From the IMG/VR virus record IMGVR_UViG_3300042905_003262, positions 1 to 59,706 of that record: a DNA stretch of 59,706 bases, one strand, 5' to 3'. The notes below the pieces were generated by a model, which searched no databases, was not told where the DNA came from, and saw nothing but the letters and a program-made list of their open reading frames with translations. A program made the translations under genes and the position numbers. This DNA is from a virus. Taxonomy: Duplodnaviria > Caudoviricetes. Position 1 is the stretch's first letter. Each line of letters opens with the position of its first letter. Of the stretch, positions 24,838 to 35,600 are shown piece after piece.

Positions 24838-26019
24838 TCAGATGATGCAGGGGATACGATAGGCTTGGCCTGTTGAGTCTTGGAGAACAATCGTGGCATT
24901 GGTTAAGGCTGCTTCAACGCCCGGTGTGAGTCCGGTTGTAGCCGCGTTACCAAGTCTGAGGGCGACACCACTGGAGAGAGTCACCAGCGTTGAGTTGGTA
25001 ATCTGCATCACCGTGACAGGAGAAGTGTTGACTGTGCTGCCAGAAGCCGCTGCCGCATGGCTGCGGAAGTTGAGCACGCCCGCGATGCCGGTGCCAGTGC
25101 CGCGACCAGCGGAGATGTTGAGGATGCCACCTGTGATGTTGGTGCCAAGGCCGTCGCAGCCTGAAAGCGTTTGCTCGACTGGAGACGCTGCTGCCGTGCC
25201 AAGGCCGAGCCATGCCGCCGCTCGACGGCGAATCATCAAATCCGCAGATGAGTTGGCAAAGGTATCGCCACCGAACGCATAATAGCCGTTATTGGCGACG
25301 ATTGCGCCGATTGTATCAATAGCAAATTTGCTTGCGAACTTGTTGTTCGACATGCCGAACCAGAAAGAAGATGAGGCCGTGTATTCACCGCAGAACAGAC
25401 CCGCCCCGATTTGGATCGCTGCGCTTGCCTGAGCATCGGCCACGGGAGCGAGCACAGCGAAGATGTTGGCTGCGCCCGTGGTAGTCCCGAGAAAACGAGC
25501 CAGTGCCGTCGTGGAGCCTGCTGCCGTCGTGGTCATCGCCACACGCAGGACGCTGGGATTGCCGCTGGTATTCAGGGTGCCCGCGATGTCAAAGGCGTTC
25601 GTGGCATTGCTTCCCGTGAGCGAGTAGCCCGTGGAGGAGAAAACGCCTGTGTTGGCTGCGCCTTGGGTGATCGCCAACGCGCCCGTCATGGTGTCGCCAT
25701 CAAGGCGGACCATGCCAGCGGTCCAAGCGGAGCCGTTGTGGAGTTGCAGGCGTGCGGCGGTCGTGTTCCAGATAGCCATGCCCGCCTGTGGCGACGCGAT
25801 GGCGTCACGCTGAACGGTGGTGAGGTTGTTCAGCCGAATCCCGGCATGCGTGGTGCCGCTAAAATTGATTAGTCCAGTAAAAGTATCCCCCGTGGCAGTA
25901 GCCTTTAAACTTAACGCTGTCATCATATCCGCGTTTAAGTCGGTCGTGTTGGCGATGCTGCCATTTGTGGCGATGCCACCTCCAGAGCTGCCAAGTTTAA
26001 TATCAAGAGAGCCAGTCAT
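24838..26019 (-). CDS. tail fibre/spike-like protein
   Basis: Gly/Ala/Thr-rich; LTT.QRDAIASP..GM.IWNTT...LQ..NGSAW and GDTMTG motifs. Confidence 0.75.
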   Translation of the reverse strand: MTGSLDIKLGSSGGGIATNGSIANTTDLNADMMTALSLKATATGDTFTGLINFSGTTHAGIRLNNLTTVQRDAIASPQAGMAIWNTTAARLQLHNGSAWTAGMVRLDGDTMTGALAITQGAANTGVFSSTGYSLTGSNATNAFDIAGTLNTSGNPSVLRVAMTTTAAGSTTALARFLGTTTGAANIFAVLAPVADAQASAAIQIGAGLFCGEYTASSSFWFGMSNNKFASKFAIDTIGAIVANNGYYAFGGDTFANSSADLMIRRRAAAWLGLGTAAASPVEQTLSGCDGLGTNITGGILNISAGRGTGTGIAGVLNFRSHAAAASGSTVNTSPVTVMQITNSTLVTLSSGVALRLGNAATTGLTPGVEAALTNATIVLQDSTGQAYRIPCII

Positions 26020-26023
26020 AGTG

Positions 26024-26326
26024 TTAGCGGGTCAGGATTTCGTAGCCGACGCCGGATGTAATGGCTCCGCCGCTGTTTTGGTAAATGAACACGCCAAGCT
26101 CGCTCGTGAGGGGGCGCGAAAAGTAATGCGTGACGTAATTGGGTGCCGCAGTCGTTCCACCAGGGAGCGGAATACCGAGCGTGGCACCACTTGCACCAGC
26201 AGCGCCACCCATGCGGAAGCGTAAATCGGCGGCGTTTTCATTCCAGAGAATGAATCCTGCCGCATTGGTTGGCGCAGTAAATGCCTGCGTGCTAGCGGCG
26301 TTAGTAAGAGAAGCGACGGCGGGCAT
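26024..26326 (-). CDS. small virion beta-protein
   Basis: MPAVASLTN... beta-rich; lies in the structural block. Confidence 0.55.
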   Translation of the reverse strand: MPAVASLTNAASTQAFTAPTNAAGFILWNENAADLRFRMGGAAGASGATLGIPLPGGTTAAPNYVTHYFSRPLTSELGVFIYQNSGGAITSGVGYEILTR

Positions 26327-26369
26327 AGTGGGGAAGAGTTGGCGGATTATGAGGGTTGAGCGGGAAAAG

Positions 26370-26690
26370 TCAAACGGAGGTAGGAGCGGGAGTTTCCGCA
26401 AAAGCGGACAAATCCTTGTGGAGGGACTTGGCATCGCGCCAACGGGAGATGTGAACGGCCATTTTTGCGAGGTCATTCAGCGGGGTTAGCTTGTCATCAA
26501 ACAGTACGTTCTCGGCATCTTCGATAAGCCCCGTTAAATAGCCTTTCTCGCCAAGCATGACACGTTGGAAAGCCGGGGAAGAGCAAAGGCTGGTGAGTTC
26601 CGCGATTCGTGCCGCTGCTTCGCGATTATGCCGCTCCTGCTGCTGCTTGAGGGCTTCCTGCTTTTTGGCGATTTCGTTGTGGTCTTCCAT
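26370..26690 (-). CDS. hypothetical protein following the portal
   Basis: Helical 106-aa ORF 2 nt after the portal stop. Confidence 0.65.
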   Translation of the reverse strand: MEDHNEIAKKQEALKQQQERHNREAAARIAELTSLCSSPAFQRVMLGEKGYLTGLIEDAENVLFDDKLTPLNDLAKMAVHISRWRDAKSLHKDLSAFAETPAPTSV

Positions 26691-26692
26691 GA

Positions 26693-28885
26693 TTATGCGA
26701 CGGGTTCTTGTTGTGCGGGCATCATCTCACCGCCTGCATCTGGAGGTAGCGGTTGACCATCCGGGCCAACGGGCGGCATCATGGCAGCTTCCATCTCAGC
26801 CATTGCATCGTCAATCTTCTCCAGTGCTCCGGCTGGGTCGTTGTGGTCGAGAGCTTGCAACATGCCCAAATAGCTATCATTCTGAGCCTTGCGAAGTGGC
26901 GCAGGTAACTTGGAATACTCATCAAGGAGCACTTTTACGTTTTGCTGCGTGGCTATGATCTGCGTGCTTCGCGACTTTGTGCGGACCACTTTGATAGCCG
27001 AGCGGGCTTTCCGTCCCTTGAGTCCGGCGAGCATCTGCATGACGAGCGTAGATTCCTTCACGGGCGCTGGCACGACGGCAACCGGCATAGCAGGATCGCC
27101 AGCCATTTCAGGCGCAACGGGCATCGGTTGCGGTTCCGGCTGAACGACGGCCCCGGCCAGCAACTCCTCAAGCTGGAGAAGGTCAGGATTGCGAACTTCA
27201 AGTTCCGTCCATGTTTCGAGAAGATCGTCAATTCCCTTCGTGATTTCGTCCTCCAAGTCGTCGTTCGCAATGGTCTTGGTCTTGTCGAGGATTTGCAGGC
27301 CGCCGAGAGTTTGAGCGGCATCAAGATTGGATGCCTCCGCCTCGCCCGGTGTGAGCATGCCGCCGCGTGATGTGAGGGCTTGCATGTTCTTTTCTAGGCA
27401 GCTTTCGATTTCCCGCGTTTGTGCCTGCACAGTAATGACTTCCAGAACGTCTTTGCCGGTGGCGTTACCAACTCTGCGGAATGCGGATGGACTGCGGAAA
27501 GACAGCGGAATCCCCGCTTTGCCCTCTTCGGTCATGTTGGGGTTTTCGAGAAGAATGTTGCCGCTCTTGGCTTTTTCGATGGAGAGGCGGCAAAGATCGC
27601 CGTCCACTTCTTCGCAAAGGTCCATGTGCTCCTCGAAGTGCCCCGTTCCCCACCAACGGCCCTCGACTTGGCGAGTCCTGATGCAGCCGTAAGGGTGCTT
27701 TCGCCCTTCGCCAAGGTTGAGTTCGTCCACTGGCCCATACCAGACCGGCCAAGCGTTTTCGACATCAAGGAGCATCATCAAATCCTGACGGCGACGTTTC
27801 CCGGAGGCGATTTTGACGGATGCGCCCGATTCGTCCATGGATGGGTCCCAGCGGAACCAAAATTCAGCGTAGTGATTGCGGCCTAGTGCGCCAGGGTCGG
27901 TGACTTCCTGCTTCCCTTCCTGCAATTCGCCTTTCACAAGCTGCGGCTGCAAGTGCTCCGTCTTGGCTCCCATGCTGCTCCCTTGGTGGAATTGGTCGTA
28001 GTATTCCTGCGCGGCTGGTGTCAGGAGATGATTCGGCAGCGTGTCGAAAAGGTCATCTACCTTCATTTCATACTCGTGGCCCTTCACTTCGGCGGCATCG
28101 AGGCTCTTGGCGTAGATGCTGGCAAAGAAATCACCCCAGAACGGGAAAGTCAGGTCGCATCCGCTTGGTTGCGCGGTGGTGATGAGCATTTCATAGGCTT
28201 GGTCACTGAGCGGGTAAGGCGTTCTCGCCACTTGGCGGATAACCTTCGGATCGCGCATCAAGAACTCACGAGTCGGATCGTCCGGCAAAACAAGCCAAAG
28301 GTCGAACTCTGTCACGACCTCACCCCGGCTGTCTTTCACGACTTTGCGCTCGCCGTCCAGCATCACGCGAGCTTTCCGCAGGACTCGCTCGGTCGTGCGG
28401 TTTGGAACGGCTCGATAAATGGACTCGCCACGAATCAGCGTTGCCCGGATGCCGTCATTGACGATCATCTCGTCAAGGCGCTGGTCGGCGGCTCGCATCT
28501 GGAAATATCGCTCGGATGGCTTCAAAGCAGGGTGCCCGTCCTCTACTCCCTCGGGAGCGACGGCAAACCATCGGCCCGTATAGTCGCGGGACATGCGAGC
28601 CTTGTTTTGGTTCGTGAAAACCTTGCACATATTCCACGTCAAATTCCTATTACGAAACACATTCGTGCTAGGATCGCTAAGTCGATCACGGTAATCGTTG
28701 TTATATCGCGCCGTGGCGATAGCTCTTCGCCACATCCATGAATCTCTTGTATATTGGCCTGGTCCAATATGACCTCGCTCTAGTTTGATAGCAGCAAGGG
28801 AGTTGACACAAAAAGCAATCAGCTCTTGCTCTCGGGCACCTGATAGCCTGAGACTTGACTGCACGATTACTTTAGGTTCTGACAT
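26693..28885 (-). CDS. portal protein
   Basis: 730 aa. Podoviral portal features (HPY...R....WWG.G, helical C-barrel, Pro-rich tail PPVGPDGQPLPP) and position. Confidence 0.75.
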   Translation of the reverse strand: MSEPKVIVQSSLRLSGAREQELIAFCVNSLAAIKLERGHIGPGQYTRDSWMWRRAIATARYNNDYRDRLSDPSTNVFRNRNLTWNMCKVFTNQNKARMSRDYTGRWFAVAPEGVEDGHPALKPSERYFQMRAADQRLDEMIVNDGIRATLIRGESIYRAVPNRTTERVLRKARVMLDGERKVVKDSRGEVVTEFDLWLVLPDDPTREFLMRDPKVIRQVARTPYPLSDQAYEMLITTAQPSGCDLTFPFWGDFFASIYAKSLDAAEVKGHEYEMKVDDLFDTLPNHLLTPAAQEYYDQFHQGSSMGAKTEHLQPQLVKGELQEGKQEVTDPGALGRNHYAEFWFRWDPSMDESGASVKIASGKRRRQDLMMLLDVENAWPVWYGPVDELNLGEGRKHPYGCIRTRQVEGRWWGTGHFEEHMDLCEEVDGDLCRLSIEKAKSGNILLENPNMTEEGKAGIPLSFRSPSAFRRVGNATGKDVLEVITVQAQTREIESCLEKNMQALTSRGGMLTPGEAEASNLDAAQTLGGLQILDKTKTIANDDLEDEITKGIDDLLETWTELEVRNPDLLQLEELLAGAVVQPEPQPMPVAPEMAGDPAMPVAVVPAPVKESTLVMQMLAGLKGRKARSAIKVVRTKSRSTQIIATQQNVKVLLDEYSKLPAPLRKAQNDSYLGMLQALDHNDPAGALEKIDDAMAEMEAAMMPPVGPDGQPLPPDAGGEMMPAQQEPVA

Positions 28886-28977
28886 AACGGTTGATCCTTG
28901 AAAAGGCTGGTTTATTTTGGGTGCATCGCCGTCCTCGTCAAAGGAGCGGCGATGCTAACCTCAATCCATGCACTACC

Positions 28978-29658
28978 ATGAACGAAGCTACTCAAACCGT
29001 GCCACGCGCACCCAAGGAAATCAAGTTTACTGAGAAGAATCTCAGGAACTTCTGGAAGAAAGTGAATAAAAACGGCCCCACGATGCCGCACATGAAAACA
29101 CCATGTTGGCCTTGGGTGGCTTTCAGAAAGAAATGCGGATACGGCAGATTTCTTTTAAAAGGCAAATCGTTCTTAGCTCATCGCATCGCGTGGACGCTTA
29201 CAAACGGCCAAATCCCACACGACGGCAGCTATCACGGCCTTTGCGTCTGCCACCGCTGCGATAATCCTTCATGCGTGAATCCGGCGCATTTATTTCTCGG
29301 GACGCATAAGGACAATATGGCTGATATGGCAGTCAAGGGTCGCAAGGTGGTAGCTCGCGGCGATAATCACCCCGCTCGCTTACATCCTGAGCGCCTAGCT
29401 CGCGGAAGCAAGCATGGCTCCCATCTGCACCCTGAAAGATGGTCACGCGGCAACAATCATTACACTCGGCTCCATCCTGAACTCGTGCTACGAGGGGAGG
29501 CGCAAGGGAGTTCAAAACTTACCGCATCTCAAGTTATCGAGATTCGCGCACTCCATGCAACTGGTAAAACGACGTATCCTAAACTCGGTGCGCAGTTCGG
29601 CGTGGACCGCTCGCTTATTGGCCTCATCGTTCGCCGCAAAATCTGGAAGCACATTTAA
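28978..29658 (+). CDS. HNH homing endonuclease (HNH_3-type) with C-terminal HTH
   Basis: [40 protein letters not shown]...V.EIR. Antisense to its neighbours. Confidence 0.93.
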   Translation: MNEATQTVPRAPKEIKFTEKNLRNFWKKVNKNGPTMPHMKTPCWPWVAFRKKCGYGRFLLKGKSFLAHRIAWTLTNGQIPHDGSYHGLCVCHRCDNPSCVNPAHLFLGTHKDNMADMAVKGRKVVARGDNHPARLHPERLARGSKHGSHLHPERWSRGNNHYTRLHPELVLRGEAQGSSKLTASQVIEIRALHATGKTTYPKLGAQFGVDRSLIGLIVRRKIWKHI

Positions 29659-29666
29659 GGCGCTGT

Positions 29667-32600
29667 TCATTTGCCGCCGTAGTTCAGGCGTTTTCGCGCT
29701 TCAATAAGTCGTGCCTTCGCCCTCTCGGCTGCATCGTCTTTCATCGGAACGGGGCGCGGTGGAGTGCTTGGAACTGGCATCGAAGGCGCTGGCGACGGCC
29801 TCGCGGAAGGTGTCGAAGGCGCTGCGGCTGGCGTTGTGGTGCCGAAACGCTCCTCGCGGCCCATGGAGCCGCGCACGGACTTGATGGCGTTGGTCCGAAC
29901 CTCTTTGATCGCGTCGATCATCTGCGGCGTGACCGGCTTACCTGGACGCCAACCAGCCGCCATTAGTTTTCTCCCGGCGTAGTCGGAAAACTTCTGGCCG
30001 ATTTCCTGTTCAAACTTAGTGATTTTGGCCGGGTCTTTGAGGGGAACCTGCTGCATCTTGCCGTCCACTTTCGGGCCGTAAACGTAAAGGTCTGCTTTCG
30101 TGAGCGGGTCGGGATTCCATTGCTGGTCCGGGTTGGTGGCGTTCCACTTTTTAAGCGCGGCGTCAAAAAGTTCCGTGCTGGCCTTGGATGCCACCGGGAA
30201 CAGAACGCGAGTGACGGCATTTCCGCCTCGCTGCACTGGCTGCCCGGCCTCGTTGACTTTGGGCTGACCAATGCCGAGCGAGCGGGAAAGCTCCGATTCG
30301 GCCTTTTTAGCGTCGGCGATTTCGTCTTGGCTGAGACGGTAGGGCTGGCGGATTAAATTCGGGATCGCGCCATTCATCAGGTTTTTCATCAAAAGCTCTT
30401 TAGCCGAGAAGTTTTTACTCCCAGCATCTTCATAAAATTGCATAATACCCGAAATGCCTTGCAGGAATGTCTTTTCCTTCGCCTGAGCGAGGACGTGCCG
30501 CATCATGGAACCGGCGAGCTTGTCGGTGGTGCGGTTTTCGGGCTGGAAGCGGGTCCACTCTTTGAACTCGCGAGCACCGTCAACAAGCGTTGAGAGAGCC
30601 AGCGCGATAGGTTCATAGCGCCCATAGGCAAATTGAATGGGTTTATCCAGTTTTTCGCCCGTGAGCGGGTTTTTGCGGATGATGATAAGGTTTGAGCCGC
30701 CCTCTTGCCGGAGCTGGGAGGCGCGTTCACCAGCATTTGCGACACCAAACGGGCGAGAGCCTGTGATTTCGATAGCCTTTTGGTTGTCGTCGTCGTCACC
30801 CTCAGACATTCCCATGACGATGAACCAAAGAGCCGTCGCCATGACGGATTCGGACACGTCTTTGACCATCGCGCCTTCGCGGTAGGATCGGAACTCGTTG
30901 TTATTGCCCTTGATGGCGTAGTAACCCGACTTGCCGAGGCGATAGAGCAGCATTCCGGCGCTTCCGCCTGCTTTGCGGATACCAGCGCGGTAAATGTTGG
31001 TCGGCGTGCGGACGAAGGGGAGCAGGTAGCGCATGAGGCCACCCACGAATTTAGCCCGCTTGAGCGCATTCGTGACGCCTTCAACGGCCTTCGTGATGTC
31101 GTTTTCGTCCTGGAACGTGAGTTCAGTAGCCTTCTCAAAGGCGTGCTGCCACGACTCGGAGCCGTGCGTTGCAATCTGAGACGCCATGAAGTTTGTCAGA
31201 GCCGCGCCTGCCAAGCCCTGTTTTTTGCCGAGTCGATACGCCATAGCGGCGCTTTCGGCGTGCATGATGAGCGTCTTAGCAAAAGCATCCTGGGCGACAA
31301 GGAAACGGCCTGGAACGCGGACGATACGGCCCAAGGTGCCGCCGAAAGAAGGACGGATGCCGCCCACCTTGTCGAGGTTGCCGCCTTGGAACATGACCGT
31401 GACGGGCTTATCGAGATATTGGTGCTCTACCGGGTCAGCCTCCGTGTCCCATGCGAGCGCAAAGTTGCGCAAGGCTGGCATGATGCCTTTGTAGAAACCG
31501 GCCCAAACGTGCCTAAACTCTCCAAACTGCGGAGCGTTGGGATTGCGGATTGCCACATTTGTGGTCGCTTCCGCGAACCACTGCGGCCCGTAGGCCCATG
31601 CGGTTGAGAGCAGGTTAGAAGCCGTGTTGACGACGTGCGTTTGAGGGCCGGACAAAATGCCGTTGATCCAGTATTCATAAGCCTTGTCGAGCTTGGTAGC
31701 CTCGCGGGTGGAAAGCTCGCGGGCGACACGATAGACCTGCTTCCAATCGGCGGCATTATAGGGCACAAACACCTTTTGGGTCTTTTTGCCGTATGTCCAT
31801 GTAGCCTCATGGAGCCAGTTGGAATTTCGCTGCGATTTCGTTGGGATTGCGGTATTAAGAATGGACTGCACTGCTTCCGCTACTTCTTGGGCGCTGGCGT
31901 TTCGCTTCTTAGCCCTCGTGTTTGCAAGGTCTTCGGCAAGATTGCGCCGTTTGCCGCTCGGAGTTGCCCGCAAGGCATCGTCCATCTCGCTAATGATGCG
32001 CTTACCCCACTGGATGAACTTGCTGAACGTGTTACCTTTGCCGACTTCCTTGGAAACGGCCTGCTTCGCTACGACGTTGCGGAAGTGCTCTGCTGTGTTG
32101 CTTACTTCGGCGACCGAAAGCCCGGTTTCCTTCGCGATAGCGTTGTCGGAGTAGCCGCGAACGCTCATTTCGATGGCCTTTTTGTGAGCCGCCGACTGCT
32201 GGGACAGGTGAACACGGGCGAGGCCAAGAATAGCCTCCTGCATGGCGAAACGGTCATCCACGGACAAGAACAGGTCCGTTTGAGTCAGGCCGTTGCGCTT
32301 CAAGATGGCGTCCACCTTGGCGTCATCCTCGCGGGCGAGTTCTTCCATGACCTCGTTTTGATCCTTGCGAGCCTGGGCTTTCTCAAGCTCACGCTGGGCA
32401 CGTTCGCGTTGAAGCGTGTCTTGTGTCGAGGCGAGGCGGCGCTTGAGTTCCTTGATGGCCGCGAGCTTTTCGGCTCCTGACCACACGTTGACGAGTCTTT
32501 CACGCACCGTCTTGGAACTTGGCGAGAGGATATTCCGCATTGCGTTATCAAGGCGCTGTTGCGGCGTCTCGACCTTATCGACACGAGAGCCGAGCTTGCG

Positions 32601-35600
32601 GGCTGTCTCGCTGGCCTCGCGCATATCGGCCATAAAGAGCAGTTTGGCCTTTGTGCGGCTGGCAGGATTGTCGTTGCCGTCGATCCAGAGCACGCGGGCA
32701 ATCATGCGGCGGGCAATGTCTTCCTCAAGCGAGAGGACGATTCCCTCGCGCATCTTGCCGACGATTTGGTTATAGAGGCGGTCAAAGCCTGCCTGTTCGG
32801 CAATTACCTCGTCAACGGCGGCTTCGATCTTCTGGTAAGAGGCCGTTTCGAGTTCCTTGTCCTCGTAGGTCTGGCTCAGTTTGTCCCATGCGTCACGCGC
32901 ACCGGGCAGGTTGGATGCCTGATTGGCGACGTTGCGGCGTGGTTTCTTGCCAGTGTCGCCCTCTTTGACGGTCGGAGTGGCAAAAAGCGCCTGTCCTGCA
33001 TCAACGCTAGTCCGCATTTGCGGCGTGATGTCCACGCGCCAGATGGGGGTGGTTTTAAAATCACCATCGCGAGGAATTGCAGCTAGCTTGTCCGCTTCGC
33101 TCATTGCGTAAAATTCATCGCGTGAAGTTAGCGCGTCGGGATCGACGTATTCAAGCCATGCCGAATAACTACTGACGTATTTTTTCAGGCTTTCTAAATC
33201 CTCAATCTCACCATTCACCACGCCCGCGCCCCACTGCTTCACATACTTGCCAATTTCTTTCGGCAGGATGGTATCGTAGAAGCCCTTCATGCCTTGGCCG
33301 CCGACTTTCAATTCGTCGCCAGAATAGACGCGGTATCCCATTCCTGGCATATCCGCGATGGCCTTCTCTGCTAACTCCTTGCCCACGGTGTCTGCTAGCT
33401 TGGAGTCAGATAATCCAGCTTGTGAAACAGTTTCGGAGCCGCCCTTAATCCCGATTACCGACCATAGCCCGTCTTGTTGCTTGCGGATATTGAGAGAATC
33501 AACCTGCTTACTGAGGTCAAACCGCTCTGCCTGCGTCTCGCCCGTCGTCCAGCCGATCCACTGCTTGCCAGCGGCCACCGCGTCCGCGAGGGCACGCTTG
33601 AACATCTGGAGCGGCCAGGTGGTGCGGAATGGGGCGTCAGGGATTCGAGCATTCGCAATGTTGTCCAATTTGGACGCCCAATCTTTAGCATATTCAATAG
33701 CCTCGTTTTCCGTGTTTTGAGTAGAAATTGGCTTGCCCGTTGATTTTCTAATAACTACCCAATCGCCAATAAATTGATTGTTGGATGGCTCATATTTAAT
33801 CTCGAAAGTATCATTATAATCAACTTCGCCCTGATACCCCTTCTTCCGCCCTGCCTGATGGCGGTCGCTCTGGATTTCCTCGATGAACGTCCCGGCCTGG
33901 CCCTCGGCGTCCGTGCGGTCGTTCACCCGCATGTGGGCGACGTAGTTCGGCACGTCGGGGAAGTGGCTGGAGGTGTATTCAGGTGGTTCGTTGTAGGCTT
34001 CAGCAGGCGTTTCCGTGATGATTTGGAGGCGCTGCGCTTCCGACAAATCGGCCCATTTGGGTTCACCTCCTCGGCGAACAAAGGTTTCGTAATAAGCGGC
34101 TGCCGCATCCGACATCCCACGCCTCGCTATCGGCATCGCCAGCACCACCTCGCGGTAGTTCTCGCCGCCTGAGAGTTGGTATTGGGAGAATTTGGTGTCC
34201 GTAACTTCGGCTTTGTCGTCACGCATGCGGATCAACCGTTCATGCTCGTTTTTCAAACGGGTGATTTCTGGTCCGTTGCGGACTTCGGTAGGCCATTTAC
34301 TGCGATCTTCTCCATAAACATTGGCTGCGTCTTCTCGGTAGATTCGCATTTGACGCGTCACTTCGTTAATTTGACGAACAAGTTCAGGGTCATACCGATT
34401 TCCTAGCTTTCCCCCCATCCGCACCTCCTCCAGCCTCACCGCGCCATCCGTCGCCAGATATTCCAGCACAGCCTGCTTGGTGATCGGTGACGCCTGCGCC
34501 TCAATCCACGGCAGAATCCCGCTCCATTTCAGTTCCTCGGCCTTGATGCCGGTCTGCGGATTGGTGATGAGGCCCTTGATCGTCGCCACGTCGGCGCGAT
34601 TTGGCATCTTTTGCTCGATAACTTGCGCCAGTTTGGAGTAGAAGGGTTCATTTCGGACAGTTGGGCTGGCCTGCAACGGCTCCTCTACGCCATCGGCGCG
34701 GGAGGATTCAGGGTTGCCAAAATACTTCTCCTCGACCAGTTCATTGAGTTCTGGAAAGAACGTGTCCGATAGATCAAGCCATGAAACATCGCCTGAATTT
34801 ATCTTCTCCACATCAAACTCGATGTCGGCGTGCGTAGCGGCGGAGTCGGTGGCTTCGTGATCAGAAACGCGAACATCAAAAGTCACGGTTAGTTTGCCAG
34901 TGTCTTCATCACGGTCCCAAGACAACCCTTCCCGATCTGCCCACACCTCAGCGTTTGGCCCTTGTTCCGTAGGTTCTGCCAAAACTGTGAAATAGGTCGA
35001 ATTGGAGATGCGGCTGCGTCCTGTCTTGATAATTTTGGCACGACTGAATGCAGAATGATAGGTGTCGCCACGCTGCCAGCCGCGACTCTTAACGCGATCA
35101 AGGAAATTGCGGAAGTAACCGGCGGCAATACGGTTTTGCTCTTTGGTGTCTTCTGCTTCTTGGGCAGCTAAGAACTTTGGATTCTCGTAAATCGGCACCT
35201 CCGCCTCAGAAAGACCGCCCGGTGAAGATTGCAACGGCTCCTTAGTCGCGGCCCACTCTTCTAAGATCGTTTCCGGCGTCTCGGTAGCATTTTCGGCAGC
35301 ATCCATGATTTCCGCGTCCGTGATAGGCGCGAGGGTCATTTTGCCGTCTTGGATCGTCACAAGGGGCGCATAGACGCCGCTTTGAACCGCCTGCATGAAC
35401 TCTTGGCGTGTCAGGTCTGGATTCTTCGACTTCGCGGCAGCATAGACGGCGCTGACTCGTGGCGTGTCGCCTTGCTGGCGTTTGGCGGTCACGAAAGCGG
35501 CGTGGAGGTCTGGAATGGAGACTTTGGGGGCGGCAGGGGTGGCTTGGATGGGTGCCACCTTGCGGCTTTCGGCGGAAGGCAGGCTTTTTGCCAAATCCTT

